Assembly (NCBI GenBank): GCA_044347565.1
Contig: JBIKUN010000003.1
Coordinates: forward strand, 13,332-77,331
Direction of reading: 5' to 3'
Length of the DNA stretch: 64,000 bases
Source: Vicinamibacterales bacterium
GTDB lineage: Bacteria > Acidobacteriota > Vicinamibacteria > Vicinamibacterales > UBA2999
Within the stretch, counting starts at the first letter, position 1, and every line of letters starts with the position of its first letter. The position numbers and the translations under genes are program-made. Positions 8,108 through 17,684 of this stretch are shown in pieces. The notes under the pieces are model-generated. The model ran no database searches, was not told the DNA's origin, and worked only from the letters and a program-made list of their open reading frames with translations.

Positions 8108-10734
8108 CCCCGGAACGCTGGGCGCGCGTCACCGAGCTCTTCGACGCCGCCAGTCAGTTGCCGCCGGACGCGCGCCAGGTGTGGCTCGAGGCGAACGAGG
8201 CCGACGACGCGCTGCGCGCCGAAGTCCGCGCGATGCTCACGAGCTACGACACCGATCCCGGCTATCTCGAGCAGCCGATCGACGCCGCCGGCGCGCTCGA
8301 CGAGGCGGTGCGCGATCCGCTGACCGGACGCCGGCTGGGGTCGTGGCGGCTCGTGCGCAAGGTCGGGCAGGGCGGCATGGGTGTCGTCTACGAAGCCCAT
8401 CGCGACGACGACGCCTTCGAGCGCCGCGCCGCCGTGAAGCTGCTGCCGGCGTGGAGCGCCGGTGCGCTCTCGGAACGGTTCCGCTTCGAACGCCGCGTGC
8501 TGGCCGGCCTGGACCACCCGGGCATCGCCCGCCTCATCGACGCCGGGTCGGGCGACGACGGGCTGGCCTACTGCGTGATGGAGTTCGTGGACGGCGCGCC
8601 GATCGACGTCTGGTGCCGCGAGCGGTCACTCCCGCTCCGCGATCGCGTGGAGCTCTTCACGCACGTCTGCGACGCCGTGGCGCACGCGCACCGGCACCTC
8701 GTCGTGCACCGCGACCTCAAGCCGGCCAACATCCTGGTCACCGGCGACGGGCAGCCGAAACTGCTCGACTTCGGCATCGCCACGCTGCTCGACGAAGAGG
8801 GCGGGCTGGCCATCGGCACGACACGCACGGGCCATTCGAGCTTTACGCCGGAGTTCGCCAGCCCGGAACAGGTCCGTGGCGACCGTGTCACGACGTCGAG
8901 CGACATCTATTCGCTCGGCGTGCTGCTCTACGTGCTGCTCACGGGACGCCGCCCATACGAACTCGCCGGCCTGCCGCCGCTCGACGCGATGCGCGCGATC
9001 TGCGACGTCGAGCCGCCGCGGCCGAGCGCCGCAGCCGCGCCGGCGCTGGCCGGCGCCCTCCGTGGCGACCTCGACAACATCGTCGGCAAAGCCCTGCGCA
9101 AAGCACCGGCGGAGCGCTACGCCACCGTCGCCGCCTTCGCCGACGATCTGCGGGCCTGGCGCGACGGCCGCCCGGTCAGCGCGGCACCGGCCTCCCTGGC
9201 CTACATCGCGCGGCGGTTCGTGCGTCGCAACCGCCTTGCCGTGGCGACGGCAGCGGCCGTCGCGGCGGCGGTGCTCGGCGGCGGCGCCGTGGCGGTCTGG
9301 CAGGCGCGAATCGCCCGCGCAGAAAAGGCCAGCGCCGAAGCGCGATTCAACGACGTCCGCTCACTGGCCAATGCCGTCGTCGGACCGCTCTACGACGCGA
9401 TTGCGGCAGTGCCGGGGTCGACGGCCGCGCGTCAGGTGCTCGTCACCGAGGCGCTCGCGTATCTGGACCGCCTGGCCGCGCTCTCGGCCAACGACCTCGA
9501 CCTCAAAGCGGAGCTGGCCGAGGCGTATCAGAAGATCGGCGACGTCCAGGGCAACCATCTCGACGCGAATCTCGGTGATGTGCAGGCGGCGAAGACCAGC
9601 TACGGGAAACTGCTGACGCTGCGCCAGGCGGTGTTCGCGGCGCGACCGGACGCCGTCAGCCGGCGCGAACTGGCGGGCGCGGAGCTGCTGCTCGGCGATA
9701 TCGCGCTCGGCGAGAACCAACTCGACGACGCCGTCGTCCGCTACAGCCGCGTGCTCGACCTCATCGCGCCGGCGTTGGCGTCGGCGCCGGACGAGGCGAC
9801 GGCGCTGATGGCAGCCCGCGCGCACGGGCGTTCCGGCGTGGCGCTCGGCTGGGCGGGGAGAACGCAGGACGCGGCCGCGGCATTCGATCGCGCGATTGCG
9901 CTCCTCGAAGCCCGGCTCGCGCGCGCGGACGCCTCGCCAGAGGTGCATCAGAGCCTGGTCGGGATGCTCGGCAACTCGGGCGACATCTACTACTACGCGG
10001 AACGGTTCGATCAGGCGCTCAGCCGGTTCGAACGCGCCCTCGACATGGCGCGCCGGCCGCCGGAGGGCACCCCCAAGACCGATGAGCGGCGACGGCTGTC
10101 GCAGGCGCTCATCCGCACGGCTGCCGCGCTCAAGGAAGTGGGGCGCCTCCACGACGCGCTGACGCTCGAAACTGAAACGATCGCGCTGCTCGAAGGCTCG
10201 ACCGCGCTCGATCCGAAAGACGTCAACGCGCGGTTCGACCTGGCGACGACTCGGCAGAACGTGGCCATCACGCACCTGCGACGCGGCGAACTCGCGCCGG
10301 CGCGCCGGGAGGCGATGGCGGCGCTCGCGCTCTTCGAATCCACCATGGCCGCCAGCCCCGGCGCGCGGCAGTTCCAGTTCGACTTCGCCGCCACGTGGAC
10401 CACGCTCGGCCAGATCGAACTGGCGGCGCGACGCTTCACGGCCAGCGCCGACGCCTTTCGGACGTCAGTGGAGCTCTTCCGCGATCCGCAGGTGGCCGAA
10501 CGGAAACAAGCCGAGCGGCTGCTCGCGCACGAGGGACTCGGCGACGCGCTGAGCGGCCTCGCCGCCGAGACGCGCGACCCGGCCACCACGCGCGAGGCCG
10601 TGGCCGCCTATGCGACGGCCCGCGATGGCTTTGCCGCGCTCGCCGGCACCAGTCCGCCGCCGGCGTCGGTGGCGGGCCGGGCCGCTGCCATCGACGCGAA
10701 GCTGGCGCGGCTGGCGCCGAAGGCGGTCTCGTGA
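8104..10734 (+). CDS. Ser/Thr protein kinase with a transmembrane segment and C-terminal TPR-like repeats
   Basis: Kinase motifs are GQGGMGVVY, VHRDLKPANIL, DFGIA and SPEQ. A TM helix lies around LAVATAAAVAAAVLGGGAVAVW, followed by a long helical repeat region. The gene is translationally coupled to the ECF sigma. Confidence 0.85.
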   Translation: MTPERWARVTELFDAASQLPPDARQVWLEANEADDALRAEVRAMLTSYDTDPGYLEQPIDAAGALDEAVRDPLTGRRLGSWRLVRKVGQGGMGVVYEAHRDDDAFERRAAVKLLPAWSAGALSERFRFERRVLAGLDHPGIARLIDAGSGDDGLAYCVMEFVDGAPIDVWCRERSLPLRDRVELFTHVCDAVAHAHRHLVVHRDLKPANILVTGDGQPKLLDFGIATLLDEEGGLAIGTTRTGHSSFTPEFASPEQVRGDRVTTSSDIYSLGVLLYVLLTGRRPYELAGLPPLDAMRAICDVEPPRPSAAAAPALAGALRGDLDNIVGKALRKAPAERYATVAAFADDLRAWRDGRPVSAAPASLAYIARRFVRRNRLAVATAAAVAAAVLGGGAVAVWQARIARAEKASAEARFNDVRSLANAVVGPLYDAIAAVPGSTAARQVLVTEALAYLDRLAALSANDLDLKAELAEAYQKIGDVQGNHLDANLGDVQAAKTSYGKLLTLRQAVFAARPDAVSRRELAGAELLLGDIALGENQLDDAVVRYSRVLDLIAPALASAPDEATALMAARAHGRSGVALGWAGRTQDAAAAFDRAIALLEARLARADASPEVHQSLVGMLGNSGDIYYYAERFDQALSRFERALDMARRPPEGTPKTDERRRLSQALIRTAAALKEVGRLHDALTLETETIALLEGSTALDPKDVNARFDLATTRQNVAITHLRRGELAPARREAMAALALFESTMAASPGARQFQFDFAATWTTLGQIELAARRFTASADAFRTSVELFRDPQVAERKQAERLLAHEGLGDALSGLAAETRDPATTREAVAAYATARDGFAALAGTSPPPASVAGRAAAIDAKLARLAPKAVS

Positions 10735-10812
10735 CGCCCGAACGCTGGCCCGGGGCCTTCGTTTGCGTGGGGTGCGACGCCCGCGGCGGCGCGATCGACT
10801 ACGCTTGAGGGG

Positions 10813-11298
10813 ATGAGCGCAGAGAGCACCGCCCCACGCCCGTCGTACACGATCCGCCCGGCCCAGGTGGCCGACAGCCAGACGCTCGTGTCGTTCACGA
10901 TCGCCGAGGCACTCGACGCCGAACGGCGCTCGCTGATCCGCACCGACGTGCAGCGCGGCGTCGCCGGCGCGTTCCTGACGCCACCGAAGGTGCGCTACTG
11001 GGTCGTGGAGTCGCAGGGCACACTCGTCGGCAGTTGTTCGATCGTGACCGAGTGGAGCAACTTCCGCGGCGGCGACTACTGGTGGATCCAGAGCCTCTAC
11101 ATCGTGCCCGAGCACCGTGGCACGGGCCTCGTGGACATCATGCTCCGGCATCTCGCGCAGGAAGCGAAGGCGGGCGGTGCGCTGGACATCCGGCTCTACG
11201 GCTTCAATACCAACGCCCGGGCGCTGCGCGCGTATCAGCGCTTCGGCTTCCGCGAGTCGCCGTACCTCATCCTCACGAAGTCGCTCGTCGGCGAGTAG
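10813..11298 (+). CDS. GNAT family N-acetyltransferase
   Basis: SD GAGGGG precedes the ATG. The acetyl-CoA motif region is VPEHRGTGLVDIMLRHLAQEAKAGGA, and the C-terminus is ARALRAYQRFGF. Confidence 0.75.
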   Translation: MSAESTAPRPSYTIRPAQVADSQTLVSFTIAEALDAERRSLIRTDVQRGVAGAFLTPPKVRYWVVESQGTLVGSCSIVTEWSNFRGGDYWWIQSLYIVPEHRGTGLVDIMLRHLAQEAKAGGALDIRLYGFNTNARALRAYQRFGFRESPYLILTKSLVGE

Positions 11299-11438
11299 GC
11301 CGGCCGCTCAAGGGCGGATGGATGTGACGGCCTTGCCCGACCGCTCGCGGTGACGCCGCCTGCCGGGCCTTGCGATGATGCAAATCCTCACGGCAGCCAC
11401 CTGTGGCCGGCCATGCTGTCTCCAGCCGACGCGCGGCG

Positions 11439-13925
11439 ATGACCGGTGAAGAATGGGCGCGCCTCGAGCATCTGTTCGAGGACGCGCGGCAGCGGCCGGC
11501 GGGTGAACGCGAGGCGTGGCTCAGGGTCCACTGTGCCGACGAGGCCATGCGGGCGCTCGTCGCCGACATGCTGGTGGCGTACGACCACGACCCCGAGTTC
11601 CTCGAAGCCTCCACGGACGTGGCCGGGTCGGTGGCGATGGCGCTCGCCGACGGTCTCGTTGGTTCGCGCCTGGGCCCGTACCGCGTCACCGGGCAGATCG
11701 GGCGCGGGGGCATGGGCGTCGTCTACGACGCCGTGCGCGACGACGGCGAGTTCGAACGGCGCGTCGCCATCAAGGTGCTGCCCACGTGGAGCGGCGTCTC
11801 GCTCGTGGAACGCTTCCGGCTCGAGCGCCGCGTGCTGGCGTCCCTCGATCACCCCGGGATCGCGCGCCTGGTCGATTCGGGCACGACGCCCGACGGCGCG
11901 CCGTACTTCGTCATGGAGTTCGTCGACGGTCCGCCGATCGACGTGTGGGCGCGCGACCAGCGCCTCGATGTCCGTGCGCGCATCGCCCTCGTCGAGCGGG
12001 TCTGCGAGGCGGTGGCGTATGCCCACCAGCACCTGATCGTCCACCGCGACCTCAAGCCCGCGAACATCCTGGTGCCGGCGGACGGCCACCCCAGGCTGCT
12101 CGATTTCGGCATCGCCACACTGCTCGCGCGCGCCGACGGCGTGGATACGGGCGTGACCGCGACCGGTCATCACACGTTCACGATCGACTTCGCGAGTCCG
12201 GAACAAATCAGAGGTGAGGCGGTGACGACGGCGACCGACGTCTACTCGCTCGGCGTGCTGCTCTACCTGCTCGTCGCGGGCCGGCGCCCGTACACGCTGA
12301 AGGACCTGTCGCCCTTCGAGGCGATGCGGACGGTGTGCGAGGTCGATCCGCCGCCACCGAGTGCCGTGGCGGCAAGCGCCGATGCCGCAAGAACTCGCGG
12401 AGATCTCGATGCAGTGATTGGCAAAGCCCTCCGCAAGGCGCCGCGGGATCGCTACGCCACGGTCGCCGCCCTGGCGTCTGACCTCAAGGCGTTCCGCCTC
12501 GGCATGCCGGTCACAGCGGCCCCGGAGTCGTGGACCCGGCAAGCGCGTCGTTTCGTGCGCCGCAACAAGGCGGCGGCCGCGGTGCTGGCCGCCATCGTCG
12601 GCGGCGGCAGCGTGGCGGCGTGGCAGGCGCGGGCCGCCGCCACCGAGCGCGATCGCGCCGAACGCCGCTTCGCGCAGGTGCGGGAGTTCTCGCGGTCGCT
12701 CATCTTCGACGTCAATGAGGCGTTGTCGCAGGTGCCTGGCAACGTCGAGCCCAGGCGGCTGGTGCTCGAACGCGCCGTCAGTTTCCTCGACGGGCTTGCG
12801 TCGGACGTCGGGAACGACCAGGTGCTTCGGCTCGAACTCGCCGAAGGGTACCGCCGGCTTGGCGTGGTGCAGGGCGGACCGACGACCGAGAATGGCGGAG
12901 ATCGGGCCGCCGCACGGCGCAGCCTGGAGAAGGCGGCGCGGCTGGTCGATGCGGCGCTCGCGGATGACCCCGACGGGCTGGAGCCCCTGATTGCCGGTCT
13001 CGACGTGATGGCGGACCTCCGGAGCGTCATCGCGCGGCTCGGGGCGGGGGATGCGAGGGTCGCAGAAGCCCGTCACCGGGCGCTTCTGACCTCGCTCGAG
13101 GGACGCCACTCGTCCGACCCGCGCGCCGTCGACGCAATCGCCCGGGGGTACGCCGCGATCGCCGTGACGCTCGAGGCCCGATCGGATTACGTTGGCGCCG
13201 AGCGCGCGCTGAGCGCGGCCCTGCCGCTACTCGAAAGAGTGGCGGCCACCGGGGCGAAGCGACGCACGCGGGCGCAGCAGGCCTCCGTGCTCAAGCGCCT
13301 CGGTGCCGTGATGCAGTGGCAGGCGCGCTTGGAAGACGCCGAGCGCCGCTATCGCCAGGCACTCGCCCTTGACGAAGAGACGCTGGCCGAACACCCGGGT
13401 GACCCGGCGGCGCAATTCGAGATCACGATCACGCTGTCGAATCTCGGCGGAGCTCTCAACAGGCTCGGGCGGCGCGAAGAGGCCATGCAACTGCTCTCCC
13501 GGGCGCTCGCGATTCGTCGCAGCCTGGTTGCGGCCGATCCGAACGACGTTCGCGCGACTGACGGGCTCGCGCTGCTCCTCGGTCGCTTCTCGACATACGC
13601 CTACAACGCGCGGCGCTTTGCCGACTCGGTCTCTTACAACCGGGAGAAGGTCCAGCTGCGCGAGGCGATGGTGGCACGCGAGGGCTCCAGCCCGCGCACG
13701 CGGTCGGACCGCGCGTTGGCACGGCTGGAACTCGCCATGGCGCTCATGGCACTTGCGGAGGCCGGCACGTCTGAAACACGGGCGGCGCTACTCGAGGAAG
13801 CCGGCGCGCTGATGCGGGACACGCCGGTATCGGACTTCACGGAGCCGTCCGCCACGGCCGGCGTGTCCGTGGAGGTTTTCCGAGCACAACACGCCCTGGC
13901 GCTCGCGCGGGCCGGGCAGTCGTAG
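11439..13925 (+). CDS. Ser/Thr protein kinase with a TM segment and TPR-like repeats (paralog of 8104-10734)
   Basis: The architecture and N-terminal leader match the first kinase (EEWARLEHLFEDA versus ERWARVTELFDAA). Kinase motifs are GRGGMGVVY, VHRDLKPANIL and DFGIA. There is no adjacent sigma factor gene. Confidence 0.85.
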   Translation: MTGEEWARLEHLFEDARQRPAGEREAWLRVHCADEAMRALVADMLVAYDHDPEFLEASTDVAGSVAMALADGLVGSRLGPYRVTGQIGRGGMGVVYDAVRDDGEFERRVAIKVLPTWSGVSLVERFRLERRVLASLDHPGIARLVDSGTTPDGAPYFVMEFVDGPPIDVWARDQRLDVRARIALVERVCEAVAYAHQHLIVHRDLKPANILVPADGHPRLLDFGIATLLARADGVDTGVTATGHHTFTIDFASPEQIRGEAVTTATDVYSLGVLLYLLVAGRRPYTLKDLSPFEAMRTVCEVDPPPPSAVAASADAARTRGDLDAVIGKALRKAPRDRYATVAALASDLKAFRLGMPVTAAPESWTRQARRFVRRNKAAAAVLAAIVGGGSVAAWQARAAATERDRAERRFAQVREFSRSLIFDVNEALSQVPGNVEPRRLVLERAVSFLDGLASDVGNDQVLRLELAEGYRRLGVVQGGPTTENGGDRAAARRSLEKAARLVDAALADDPDGLEPLIAGLDVMADLRSVIARLGAGDARVAEARHRALLTSLEGRHSSDPRAVDAIARGYAAIAVTLEARSDYVGAERALSAALPLLERVAATGAKRRTRAQQASVLKRLGAVMQWQARLEDAERRYRQALALDEETLAEHPGDPAAQFEITITLSNLGGALNRLGRREEAMQLLSRALAIRRSLVAADPNDVRATDGLALLLGRFSTYAYNARRFADSVSYNREKVQLREAMVAREGSSPRTRSDRALARLELAMALMALAEAGTSETRAALLEEAGALMRDTPVSDFTEPSATAGVSVEVFRAQHALALARAGQS

Positions 13926-13935
13926 CCAGGTCGCC

Positions 13936-14379
13936 CTACACCCCGAACTGGCGCAGGTGATGGTCCACGTGTTTGTGGATGAGCACGCCCCAGTCGGCGT
14001 GCGACAGGGCGCCGAACGCCGGGTGCGGCACGAGGCCGTGTGACTGGCCATCGAGGCGGATGAACGTCTGCTCGAAGAGCGCCAGCTCGCGGGCCAGATC
14101 CGCGGAGGCCGATCGCGCGATGAGCTCAGGTGCCGTCGGCGCGCTCTTCGGCATCGGCAGGTGGTGGATGATGAGGTAGCGCAGCGGCGGCCACTTGAGC
14201 ATCGGCGGCGCCTTGCTCGTGACGGGCAGGTCGCCGGTGGCCATGCGGGTCGATTCGTTCAGGTGCGCCAGCATGCCGGCGGCGCTGAACTTGCCCCATT
14301 TCGCGGTGTGCTGCGGCGTGAGCGTGCGGGCGCGGCGCAGAAGTTCGTCGCGGACGGCAGGGTCCCAGACGGTTGGCAT
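13936..14379 (-). CDS. DinB-superfamily protein (DUF1569-like)
   Basis: This is a 147-aa ORF with ...KWGKFSAAGMLAHLNES... and the C-terminus HADWGVLIHKHVDHHLRQFGV, typical of DUF1569/DinB four-helix bundles. Confidence 0.65.
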   Translation of the reverse strand: MPTVWDPAVRDELLRRARTLTPQHTAKWGKFSAAGMLAHLNESTRMATGDLPVTSKAPPMLKWPPLRYLIIHHLPMPKSAPTAPELIARSASADLARELALFEQTFIRLDGQSHGLVPHPAFGALSHADWGVLIHKHVDHHLRQFGV

Positions 14380-14536
14380 GTCTGCATCCTACTCCTGAGT
14401 CGACAGTGCCCGCCCCCGGACTCGCGCGGCGGCCCGGGAAGGGTCGGCGCCGCCTTGCCGCCGGGCGCGGCGTCGAGTAGAGTCCGACCACCAAAGCCCG
14501 GCCATTCGCGGCCAGGCGTGTCCGGAGGACTCTCTG

Positions 14537-15613
14537 ATGAAGCGTCTGCTGCCGCTCGTCTCAACGATTGCCGCGCTTGCCGCCGCGGCCTCGTTCACGT
14601 ATCCGTCACTCAGCGCGCAGACGCGGGCCACGGCCACGAACGTGCCCGTCATTCCGCACGAAGCGGTGCCCAACTTCTTCAAGCACCCGCCCGGCATCTA
14701 CACGGGCGAGAACATGGGCATCGCCACCAACTCCAAGGGCAACATCTACGTGTACCACCGCGCCAACGAGACGCGGCTCTTCGAGTACACGCCCGATGGC
14801 ACGTTCGTGCGCGAGATCGGCCGCAACAACTATGGCTTCGCCTTCGCACACTCGGTGCGCGTGGACGCGGAGGACAACATCTGGGCGGTCGACGAAGGCA
14901 CCGACATGCTCATCAAGTTCAGCCCGGAAGGCCGCGTGCTGATGACGATCGGGCGCCGCGAGGATCCGGTGCAGTCGATTCTCAACATGCCGGGCAACGG
15001 CACGTATCACGGGCGCAACGAGAAGTACCGCTTCGGCCGCCAGACCGACGTGGCCTTCGACCAGCAGGGCAACATCTTCGTGTCTGACGGCTACTTCGAT
15101 GCGCGTGTCGTGAAGTACGACAAGACGGGCCGCTTCCTGAAGGCCGTGGGCAAGCGCGGCACCGGGAACCTCGAGTTCAACACGCCGCACTCGATCGCCA
15201 CCGACTTCCAGGGCAACGTCTACGTCGGCGACCGCGGCAACGCCCGCGTGCAGGTGCTCGACAACAACCTGAACTGGAAGGCGAACTACCCGAACGTCGG
15301 GAATCCGTGGGCGGTCTGCGTGTCGGGCGGTCCTGGCCCGAAGAACCCCGGCAAGCAGTATCTCTACTCGTCGAACTCGTGGCAGGACAGCGCGCCGGCC
15401 GCTGGCGCCGAGTTCACGGGCGAGGTCTACAAGATGGAACTCGACGGCACGATCATCGGGAAGTTCGGCCGCGCCGGCAAGGCCGCCGGCGAGTTCGCCA
15501 CCATCCACCAGATGGACTGCCGCGACCCGAACGTCATCTACACGGCGGAAATCAATAACTGGCGGTCGCAGAAGATCCTGCTGAAGGCCGCGCCCACGAC
15601 GAGCGCCCGGTAG
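14537..15613 (+). CDS. Secreted NHL-repeat beta-propeller protein
   Basis: SD GGAGGA precedes the ATG, and there is a signal peptide. Repeated blades contain D..GN(I/V)(Y/F)V.D (NIYVYH, NIWAVDEG, NIFVSDGY, NVYVGDRGN). Confidence 0.75.
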   Translation: MKRLLPLVSTIAALAAAASFTYPSLSAQTRATATNVPVIPHEAVPNFFKHPPGIYTGENMGIATNSKGNIYVYHRANETRLFEYTPDGTFVREIGRNNYGFAFAHSVRVDAEDNIWAVDEGTDMLIKFSPEGRVLMTIGRREDPVQSILNMPGNGTYHGRNEKYRFGRQTDVAFDQQGNIFVSDGYFDARVVKYDKTGRFLKAVGKRGTGNLEFNTPHSIATDFQGNVYVGDRGNARVQVLDNNLNWKANYPNVGNPWAVCVSGGPGPKNPGKQYLYSSNSWQDSAPAAGAEFTGEVYKMELDGTIIGKFGRAGKAAGEFATIHQMDCRDPNVIYTAEINNWRSQKILLKAAPTTSAR

Positions 15614-15624
15614 GAGCGACGCCC

Positions 15625-16734
15625 ATGACCCGTACATTCAAGGCTCTCTCGCTCGCCCTCGTCACCACCAGCGCCGCGCTGCTCGCGCAGGCGCCGGTGC
15701 CCGAACTGGCCTTCGACACCAACGCCGATTTCCTGCGCACGCCGCCCGACACGTTCGTCGGCGAAGTGGGTGGGGTGGGCGCCAACTCGAAGGGACAGCT
15801 CTTCGTCTACACGCGCACCGGGCATCCGTTTGCGACGCTCGGCGACAACCGCACCTTCTACCGCAACGGCTCGCGGCTCTTCCAGTTCGACGCCAGCGGC
15901 AAGTTCGTGCGTGAGCTCGGGCAGGACGTCTACGGCTTCAACGCCGCAATCGGTCTGCGCATCGATCCGCAGGACAACGTGTGGACGGTGGATGCCGGCG
16001 CCAATCAGGTCGTGAAGTTCGACACCAACGGCCAGGTGGCACTCGTGCTCGGACGCAAGCCCGAGACGATGCCGGTGCGTCCGGCCGCGCCGCCGCCTCC
16101 GGCGGCTGGTGCGCCCGCCGCGGGCGGTCCTGGCGGGCAGGGCGGTCCCGGGGGCGCTGCGGCCAATCGGCGGCCTGGTGAAGGCACGCCCGGGTCCACC
16201 TTCTTCCGGCCGTCGGACGTGGCGTGGGACGCCGCCGGCAACATCTACATCGCCGACGGCATGGGCGCGAACAACCGCATCGCGAAGTTCGACAAGGAGG
16301 GCCGCTTCATCAAGCAGTGGGGCGCGACCGGCTCACAACCCGGGGAGTTCCGCGGCGTGAAGGCGCTGGCCATCGACGCGAAGGGCAACGTCTACGCGGC
16401 AGACTACGGCAACCGCCGCATCCAGGTGTTCGATGCGGACGGCAAGGTGCTGAATCAGTTCGGCAACATCGGCACGCCGCTCGCGATGTGCATCACGAAG
16501 GGCGCCACGCAGCACCTCTTCATCTCGCACGCAGGTGATGCGGACGGGATGGAAGACGCCGCGATCTACAAGGTCACGCTCGACGGCACGGTCGTCGGCA
16601 AGTTCGGCAGCGCCGGCAAGTTGCCGAAGCAGTTCGGCCTCGCCAACTCGCTCGACTGCCGCAGCGACACGGAGCTGCTCGTGGGCGAGATGACCAACTG
16701 GCGCGTGCAGCGCATCACGCTCAAGTCGCGCTAG
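15625..16734 (+). CDS. Secreted NHL-repeat beta-propeller protein (paralog) with a Pro/Gly/Ala-rich insert
   Basis: The blade pattern matches the first paralog (NVWTVDAGAN, NIYIADGMGANN, NVYAADYGNRR). The insert is PVRPAAPPPPAAGAPAAGGPGGQGGPGGAAANRRPGEG. Confidence 0.75.
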   Translation: MTRTFKALSLALVTTSAALLAQAPVPELAFDTNADFLRTPPDTFVGEVGGVGANSKGQLFVYTRTGHPFATLGDNRTFYRNGSRLFQFDASGKFVRELGQDVYGFNAAIGLRIDPQDNVWTVDAGANQVVKFDTNGQVALVLGRKPETMPVRPAAPPPPAAGAPAAGGPGGQGGPGGAAANRRPGEGTPGSTFFRPSDVAWDAAGNIYIADGMGANNRIAKFDKEGRFIKQWGATGSQPGEFRGVKALAIDAKGNVYAADYGNRRIQVFDADGKVLNQFGNIGTPLAMCITKGATQHLFISHAGDADGMEDAAIYKVTLDGTVVGKFGSAGKLPKQFGLANSLDCRSDTELLVGEMTNWRVQRITLKSR

Positions 16735-16737
16735 GCT

Positions 16738-16803
16738 CGAGGGCCTGTCCCGATTCGTGGCCGGCCCGGAATAGGTCGGGCTAGAGCAGATTCAGGCCCT
16801 CGG
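16738..16803. repeat. Perfect 10-bp inverted repeat (CGAGGGCCTG ... CAGGCCCTCG) enclosing a 5-bp hairpin; possible bidirectional terminator between convergent genes
   Basis: The arms are 16738-16747 and 16794-16803. The inner stem is GCCCG (16764-16768) with CGGGC (16777-16781). It lies between the stop at 16734 (+) and the stop at 16881 (-). Confidence 0.35.
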
Positions 16804-16880
16804 CGCCCACTTCGTTGCGGCACAGGCCGGCGGCACCGGCACCGCGCAGGATCCGCAGCACGTTGTACGCTTTCCGTCTC

Positions 16881-17621
16881 TCACCTGAGGTGCCGGCCGC
16901 CGTCCACGCGCACCGTCTCGCCCGTGACGAAGTCGCTTTCACAGAAGAACGCGATGGCCCTGGCGACCTCGGCTTCCCCGCCCCAGCGGCCAAGCGGCGT
17001 CGCCTGCTCCACGGCGGCGGAGTCTTCGGCCGACATGCCGGGCGGCGCCACGATCGGGCCGGGCGCCACGGCGTTCACCAGAATCCGGTCGGCGGCGAGT
17101 TCAAGGGCCAGCGCCTCGGTGAGCGCCTTCACGCCAGCCTTGGCGACGTAGTAGGGCACGTAGCCCTGGTAGCGCGGCCGCCCGCTCGCCGCGATCCAGT
17201 CGCTGACGTGGATGATGCGGCCACCGCCGGCAGCCCGCAGGTGCGGCACGGCGGCATGGCTGACGAGGAAGGCGGCTCGCAGGTCCACGGCCATCTGCTG
17301 GTCCCACTGGCCGGCGTCGAGCGCGTCGAACGGCGTCGCCTGATACGTCGAGGCCATGTGCACGACCACATCGAGCCGGCCGAAGGTGGCGGCGGCCTCG
17401 TTGACGGTGGCGCGGCAATCGAGCGGATCCACGAGGTCGGCGCGCAGCATGTGAGCGCGGCGGCCACGGGCGCGCACGGCCGCGGCGGCCCGTTCGGCCG
17501 CATCGGCGGAGGCGTGGTAGACGAGCGCCACGTCGGCGCCGAGCGCGGCGAGCGTCGTGGCCACGGCCTCGCCCATGCGGGCGCCCCCGGTGATGAGCGC
17601 GGCGCGTCCCTCGAGTGTCAC
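16881..17621 (-). CDS. SDR family oxidoreductase (short-chain dehydrogenase/reductase)
   Basis: Motifs are ALITGGARMGEA (TGxxxxG), YYVAKAGVKALTEAL (YxxxK) and NAVAPGPI. I chose the GTG start at 17621, preceded by GGAGGAGG with a 5-nt spacer; the longer ATG at 17654 is possible. Confidence 0.85.
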   Translation of the reverse strand: MTLEGRAALITGGARMGEAVATTLAALGADVALVYHASADAAERAAAAVRARGRRAHMLRADLVDPLDCRATVNEAAATFGRLDVVVHMASTYQATPFDALDAGQWDQQMAVDLRAAFLVSHAAVPHLRAAGGGRIIHVSDWIAASGRPRYQGYVPYYVAKAGVKALTEALALELAADRILVNAVAPGPIVAPPGMSAEDSAAVEQATPLGRWGGEAEVARAIAFFCESDFVTGETVRVDGGRHLR

Positions 17622-17684
17622 GGTGTCCTCCTCCGGCCGGGCCGGTCTTCGCATGGTATCCGGTCGCGGTATCCTCGGGACGTC

